From positions 6,820,001 to 6,884,000 of the forward strand of contig NC_092674.1 of NCBI RefSeq assembly GCF_964355755.1: 64,000 bases of DNA, given 5' to 3'. The position numbers and the translations under genes were made by a program. Below the pieces are notes generated by a model. The model was not told the origin of the DNA. It searched no databases and worked only from the letters and a program-made list of their open reading frames with translations. Of the stretch, positions 56,510-64,000 are shown in pieces; positions within the stretch are counted from its first letter, which is position 1, and each line of letters starts with the position of its first letter. This DNA comes from Antedon mediterranea (lineage: Eukaryota > Animalia > Echinodermata).

Positions 56510-57870
56510 TACGCATGCTCAAGTGCATGCTCAAGGAAAGACTCTTAATAACACTAATCTTAACCCTACTAATCCATAATTAATTTTTTTTATTTGGACT
56601 ACAGTATACCCTCAATCATCTTTCTAAATCCAAAAAATATTTTTTTGAGCAGAAAACTGTCAACATAAGCATGCTCAAGGAAAGACTCTTAATAACACTA
56701 ATCCTAATCCTACTAATCTTAACCCTACTAATCTTTAATTAATTTTTTTTTATTTGGACTTACAGTATACCCTCAATCATCTTTCTAAATCTAAAAAATA
56801 TTTTTTTGAGCAGAAAACTGTCAACATAAGCATGCTCAAGGAAAGACTCTTAATAAAACTAATCCTAACCCTACTAATCTTAACCCTACTATTAAATCCT
56901 TAATTCCTTTTCTTATATATAGTTAACCCTCAATCATCTGTCTAAATCCAAAAATATTTTTTCGAGCAGAAAACTGTCAACACACAATATTATTCATCCA
57001 TTCGTCTATTCAGGTCATGCTCATGGAACTCACTTGTATATAAACCAAACGGGGGGGGGGGGGGGGGGTGCAGCAGCCACTTCAAGACATGAGGCACTTG
57101 CGCTACCTGTTTTACTGAAAAATACTACGGACTTGAACTACCATTTACCAAAATCCAGTGTTCTCTAAAAAGACGGCAGAAACAAGGCCACGCCAGGGAG
57201 GGCGCAAAATTTGTACTGGTTCTCAGCATGATCTGCGCATGGCCAAAGAGACCGTTCATGAAAAAATCATGAACGTGTTTTGAAAGTTTATCGCGCATCC
57301 GCGGGGTGCATGACGACAATGATCAAGAGTGGTCACAGTTGAATGATTTTGTCCTAGGCTGGATGTTTCGTGTTCTTCTGCTGATGCGAAAACTCTAGGC
57401 CTATTCAAAGGTATTTAGCGATATTAGGTATTGGGCTTATAGCATCCAGTATGCTTAAATACCTGCAAAATTTGGCGATAAATCGTGACATTTTGACACG
57501 GGTGGGCGGGCTAGGGACTTAAACTACTAATTTCACCCTGTTATTTCCCACACTTGTGCTACCAACTCTCATATTTTCCCACACTTGTGCTACCAGGCCC
57601 TCGAAAATATACCCGTAAATGCGGCACCTCCCCGTATGGAAATATTTAAGAGTGACCCCCCCGGGTCATGGAAAGACTAAATAAAACTAATCCTAACCCT
57701 ACTAATCCTAACCCTACTAACCTTAACCCTACTAATCCTTAATTCATTTTTTTTTATTTGGACTTATATAGTGAACCCTCAATCATCTGTGTAAATCAAA
57801 AAAAAATATTTTTTCGAACAGAAAACTGTCAACACACTATATTATTCGTCCATTCGTCTATTCAGGTCAT
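56510..57870. repeat. ~160-bp tandem repeat with CCTAACCCTACTAAT motifs, interrupted by a GC-rich insertion (~57029-57665)
   Basis: Four units beginning CATGCTCAAGGAAAGACT. Confidence 0.8.
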
Positions 57871-58069
57871 AGTTAAAATATCTTGGAATTAGATTCACAA
57901 TTGAACTGCTAGCATCCATTTTGTCAGCTGTCACGTGCTAATCATATTAATCAAGCTTCGTTAATTTTAATATTACTACATACTTTATGGAAACCAGATG
58001 TGAATATCAATTGACTGTTGCCGTATCTTTCATATGATTACGGTATGATTTTTTTATATTCAATATATT

Positions 58070-58560
58070 CAAGCAGCGTATTTTATAGTATTTCATTTCA
58101 AGTTTAGGTGAAAAATATGTGTGCACCAGAAACAAAAACAAAAAACAATCTTACCAAAAGTTCCAAAGATCCAAACTGTAATGGTATAACATATGCATAT
58201 ATAGCAGGGTATTTTATAGTAAAGGGACCATTTCAAGTTTAGGTGAAAGATATGGGTCCACACAAAAAACTACAAAAAAAGAACAATTTTAATAATGGTT
58301 CCAGATTCCGATTGTAATGGTAGAAAATTTGCATATATCAAGCAGAAAATTTTATAGTAAGGGGCCGATTCAAGATTTTGTGGAAGAAATGGGCCCACCC
58401 AAAAAACACCACAAAAAAGAACAATCTTAACAAATGTTCCAAAGATCCCAGCTGTAATAGTAGAACATCTGAGTATATCAAGCAGAGAATTTTACAGTAA
58501 AGGGCTGATTCAAGTTTTTATGGAAGAAATGGGTTCACACACAAAAAAACACAAAAAGGA
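58070..58560. repeat. ~118-bp imperfect tandem repeat
   Basis: Four units containing AAGCAG..ATTTTATAGTAA..TTCAAG. Confidence 0.7.
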
Positions 58561-59229
58561 CCTGCATACTGTACAGTATCATGCTTGCAAAGTCTGGGTT
58601 TAAAGTCTCAGTCTTCCGACTCTTCTTCTTATTCTTACTGTACGCATCATTTGTTTATCATACAATACACCTCTAGACTGACAGTGTATATCCCAAATAT
58701 GGTTTTTTTTTTTTAAAGTAAGAAAATTATATTTTTTTAAAGAAAAAAATCATAAAATTCAACACAAATCTAATCCCATTATAACATCATATTTATCAAT
58801 ATTATTGATATTTATCAATATTATTGATATTTATTAATTATGAGAATACTTAAACTTTTTTAGATTTTCCAATGTACTTAAGATAATTACTATTAACAGC
58901 CGAAAGCCTTAAATATTGACCAGACATTTACAGTTGGTTTGAGTCATTAGCTTAATTATGATGACTTAATGGTTTAGTGACCGTGCTGACCATTATAATA
59001 GTTGGATTTAAAACATGTTCATGTTTTACATTTGGACGTTGATTCTCAACATATACAGTACAGTATTGATGTTTTAGGAAATTAATTTACTGTACAGTAA
59101 TAAGTATCTCCGCCACTCACTAAGCATTAAAAATACAAGACTGGTAGAGCCTGCTTAGAAAAGGATCTTTCTTCTATTAAGTTGCCACTTTCAACAAGCT
59201 GAAGATTTTGCAACCATAAACCTCTTACC

Positions 59230-59585
59230 TCCCTAAGTAAGTGTCTGTGTGTGACAGTAGCTGTTTGTGTGCTAGTACACCAGGGTAACCCCCTACTCAT
59301 CTTGAAAGATGTACTAGGTTCTTTAAAGTGCACATAAGCTAGATGTGTACACTAGACCTACTACGGTTTATAGTCCTTATCCGAAAGACTCATTCTACCA
59401 CCAGAACCAAGGAGCGAGTGAGGCTTGAACCCTTGCCGATGTTAATATGGCAAGGTACTACGATTCCACTGTCTTAACCGCTTTGCTAGGTTCAAAGTGC
59501 ACATGAGCCAGATGTGTACATTGGACATATGGTTTATAGTCCTTACCACCAGAACCATGGCGCGAGTGAGCCTCGAAACCCTGAA
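59230..59585 (-). mobile_element. SINE copy with partial internal duplication
   Basis: Matches 945-1271 family. Confidence 0.8.
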
Positions 59586-60405
59586 AGCTGAAAGTCATAT
59601 TAAACACTGTACACTAAAATCATTTGTTTGCTTCGTGATTAAGTAATTAAAATAACTAGATAATTAATGTCCTTTTCATTGTTAATTAAACATTACAGAT
59701 GTTACTGTCGTTCGTACCAGTTCAGTCATGTGGTCTCCAATATTCAATGTAACATCTGAACTGCAAGTTGCCAATTCAATATGATTTACGGATTTATCAT
59801 TGCTTGTGATTGAACATACCAAAAGAATACCAGATTATTTAATTGTATTTACAAATATTTAAATCAGCACTTTAGTTCAATGGTACACTTAGTAATCTTG
59901 CATAAGTGCAGCCATTTTAATATTGCTCTCGGGAGAACACTTCCCATGATCTCTAAATTAGAATGCACTTTTTTTTACGGAAGTCCAGCAAATACATTGT
60001 ACAGGTATGCACTTAATGTACTGTAATAAGCTTATAAGGTATATCTTGTACATAAGAGTACTACACAAGAATATGATTATGCTGAGTGCCTAGATTTCTT
60101 TATAAGGGCTTTCTTGGCACATACACTTTAAACTAAAAACGCCCCTATTATTAATATGATGATGGCACAACAGTAGTTTAGTCTCTTGTTATTAGGCCTA
60201 AACTTTGATTTATATTTTTTATTTATTTTTTGTGTCAAGCATTTTTAGTTTGTTTTCGTTCTGTGTTATTTGTTTTCTATGACATTACTAGTCTGTAATG
60301 TATGGTGAGAGTCAATAAAGAATTGAATTGAATTGAATTGAATTATATACTAAAAATTACAGTAATAATAGTAAGTTTATGCAATTAAAAGAAAACACAA
60401 ATTTG

Positions 60406-61215
60406 TATGGAACGCCGTTTACGCAACATTTCGATGATATGAATTTTATGACGTGATATGTGAATGAAATGCATCGATATGAATTGAATGGCGCGATATA
60501 TAAATGAAATGTTTTGAATTGAATGCTGTGAATTGAATGTTTTGAATGAAATGTTTTGAATGAAATGTTTTGAATGAAATGTTTTGAATGAAATGTTTTG
60601 AATTGAATGTTTTAAATGAAATGTTTTGAATGAAATGTTTGAATTGAATTGAAAAGTCAAACTATTGGTGGCGTATGTCATTCTCGCTCGCGATTATTTT
60701 CTCAACCTCTTAGGCCTAAGCCTGGGTACCCTCATCTCCTTTCTTCCACGCTGCCTTTACAGAGAATCCTAACAGACCTGGGTTCGGAAATATGTATTCC
60801 AATGTTTCAGGTCTGTTAGGGAGTCTCTGTAAAGGATTCATATTGATGACAGCGTTGAAAGGAGATGAGGGTACCCATGCTTAGGCCTATTAAGAGGTTG
60901 AAAAAAAATCGCGAGCGGGAATGACATACGCCGCCAATAGTTTGACTTTTCAATTCAATTCAAACATTCATTTTCATTCAAAACATTTAATTCAAAACAT
61001 TTCATTCAAAACATTTCATTCAAAACATTTTATTCAAAACATTCAATTTAAAACATTTCATTCAAAACATTTCATTCAAAACATTCAATTCAAAGCATTC
61101 AATTCAAAACATTTCATTCATATATCACGCCATTCAATTCATATCGATGCATTTCATTCACATATCGCGTCATAAAATTCATATCATCGAAATGTTGCGT
61201 AAACGGCGTTCCATA
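60406..61215. mobile_element. 810-bp foldback element, IS3EU-like termini
   Basis: TATGGAACGCCGTTTACGCAAC ... GTTGCGTAAACGGCGTTCCATA; 6-bp TSD AATTTG; arms contain (GAATGAAATGTTTT)n. Confidence 0.85.
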
Positions 61216-62443
61216 AATTTGGCTTATTACAGTAAATGAAAGTTATGATTATAAAGATTCATTAACTAAAAGAAGAAGAAACAAATTTGGCATCTTCTGA
61301 GATATAATTTTACGAATCTTTAACTACAAACTTGAAACAACACTCTCTTGCTGAGAAAATAGGGACCTTACTATTATGTACCACTTATTTGACAATTTTA
61401 GTAAGTTATTTCATACAGACCGAGATTAACTCAAACCCGTAATAACACTTTTGATAACATAGGAACCACGGAGCAATAGCGCCACCACTAGTATATAAAG
61501 TTTGTATTATACGGTGGTGCTATTTCTCCTAAACCCTTCCCATCATGCATTGTGCAATGACGTTTTTCGCGAAATCAAGGTATTTGCGATAAACCTTATT
61601 GTTGAGATAAATTTATACAGTACTCTACAAGAAAGTATACATAGTGTAGTAGTTTAATTAAAAAACAATAATAATTGTTACTTTATTATTTCTTTGTTAA
61701 CTTTAAAATAAAATGTAATTTATTTGCCATTATCAGTAAAACAAACAAATCATTGTGAGCAGTATTAACACTTATCTGTATTCACAGAATATATTTTATC
61801 AATTTCAACACCCCTCTAACTAAGAATGGTTTTGTCCATCACAATTCTGGCTAATACAGTGAGCGCCTCCTATTTTTTAATCAAAGATTGTGTTTCAAAT
61901 ATTGCTCCTAGGAATAAAAAAACATGTTTTATTAAACCTCAATCGCATCAATTTTTAACAATTTCCTTTCCGAGTGTGATTTTTAAACTCATGTTACCAA
62001 CATACATGGTAAGTTTTTGAAAATGTTTTTGATAATTTGGAAAATGTTGCGTGTACGCATTTTAATATTTTAATTTGTAAATTGTAATATGTTTCTTCTG
62101 GTGATTGCTGTATTAAGATCGTTAGAAATGTGTTAGGCTGTTTAATATTTCTAGCTATAGTCTGATTTGACAATGATAACAATGAGATGTTAGTGATGGA
62201 TGTTGGTAACAAGTTAAAAGATTACATCACCAATGGTGATTGCGTTGAAATTTACGATAACCGGAATTATCATAATGATTAAAATATTGTTCTTGTTGCT
62301 GAATTGGTTTTAATTCATTGTTGTAGTACTATGCAGTAGTATGATTTACTTAATTAATGTTTTACAGTAAATATAGGTGTATGCCAAAAATGAATATCAG
62401 ATTCCATATTGTTTACATTCTGTGCTAGTTATTTTAATTTTAA

Positions 62444-62609
62444 GGCTCTGTCTACACTATCAAACTTTATGTGACAGTAAAATGTGATGTGCCCATATAT
62501 GGACATGGTGAAATCATATCACTACCATACTTGGGCATAATACTACCATATTTGGGTAGCCTACATCACACTCTTTTTATCAAACTAGTTTGATATTGTA
62601 GACAGAGCT
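62444..62609. mobile_element. MITE family A copy
   Basis: Both TIRs present. Confidence 0.85.
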
Positions 62610-64000
62610 TTAGGCCAAGCTAACATTAAAAAAAAAGTTATCTAGAAAAAGAAAAAAAAAAAAAAGCAATACTCGGACAGAAGACATTGTCTACTAATAA
62701 GTTTAAGTTGATTTTAAAATGTCCTATTCAAGGATTGATTTCATTCATCTTCTTTTCTAATTAGTTGTCAAATTAGATTTTTTTTATAATATGTTACATA
62801 AATTCATATAGACAAATAAAAAATACAGTATGTTCTATTCAAACATTATTTATTCAGCATAGGTTTATTACATAACGATAAAAAAAGAAGAATTTAACAG
62901 ATTTGACATTATGGTAATCATGGACTATACTATTAACTATAAAACATTACCATAGAGTGATTACATTAATTTGATATCTACAATAAAAAAAAAATTCTCT
63001 AATAAATATCAAAAGTTGTGAGAATTTGTGTGTAAAATTTTTCATTATGAAAATGCTTGCTCGAAGACGTGGCTCACAAGATTATTTTCTATAATATCCT
63101 AAACCTGTTTTGTAATTCTGGTTGAATAGCCTGTAGTACTATCTAAATGTAATTCTTAATCATAAATTTGTATAACGATGACTCAACTAGTGCATAATAT
63201 GCTATCCATACATTCTGTTCTCCTCCGCTTATATTGCATATACAACCTGTACACTTGGCAATGGGAAGAATATGGATATGTCATTTCAAAGATGAACCTT
63301 TTTTTTTTGCATCAAGAAATCATGTACTCTGCAAAAACTTCTGACATCCTTGGGCGGGCCCTCAAGATGGCTTAATATATCCAGTATACAGAAAATGTTG
63401 TAGTGTGTTTTCGGAATACATTTTCCTACAATATGAATTAAAAAAATTCTGTTTTTGGGAGTGGTTTTTGATAATTAGAAGAAAACTTGCAAACATCACA
63501 TTAAACAAGAAAATTCTTTATGGGGATGGCGGGTAGGCTGTTTATCCTATTTATCGTTAATGTAGTCTATCCGTGCCTAATACCAAGATAAACTGACATT
63601 GGTCATAATAATATTGGACATAATTCATTTAGAATATATCAGGGATGGCAACCATACTGTAGATAGAGAGCAAATCTTCAAGTCAAGCAGTAAACCATTA
63701 AAAGCTGCCAGAGAGATGAGTGCCCATTTTGCCTACCACTGGATTTGACACCTTAAGGATATATTGTCTTCCTGAAAAAAATCATTTTTTAAAATTGTTT
63801 TTTGTTGAATATGCCATTTTAATTCCACATATAGAAGTGAAAACATAATTTGTTCAGGGTTTTTTTTTCTATGGAAATGATTAAACTATGTTAAAACTAC
63901 AAAATGGCCTATTCAAAGTCTGATTATATTAATTTTCATTTTTCATATTTTGGGAAAGAATACATCTTTAAATGGATTGAATTAAAAATTATAAAGTAGA

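Noticed and set aside
56560-57740. Telomere-like CCTAACCCT motifs
   Set aside because: Isolated within a 160-bp repeat, not a (TTAGGG)n tract
60385-61175. Two similar ORFs on opposite strands (MTYA...HFIQNISFK)
   Set aside because: Mirror translations of the foldback arms

Overview
AT-rich, intron-containing animal genomic DNA, probably from a marine invertebrate deuterostome (inference). The first ~29 kb hold five compact spliced genes that I reconstructed by hand: the 3' end of MYCBP2/Highwire (+), histidyl-tRNA synthetase HARS (+), ANAPC15 (-), PPME1 (+) and an RFXAP homologue (-). HARS has a candidate second, mitochondrial-presequence exon and a U12 GT-AG intron; PPME1 has an AT-AC minor intron. 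A 1.19-kb long-TIR DNA element with an 8-bp TSD fills most of the head-to-head ANAPC15/PPME1 interval and ends 19 nt before the PPME1 ATG. The remaining ~35 kb has no convincing host exon and is rich in mobile DNA: a full-length but frameshifted DIRS1-like retroelement, a TIR-bounded satellite array, Sola2-like and IS3EU-like elements, SINEs, many PIF/Harbinger-type MITEs and Penelope-type hammerhead motifs. A Helentron-type element carrying two tRNA-Val-like copies lies inside HARS. No database searches were run; family names come from recognised motifs.
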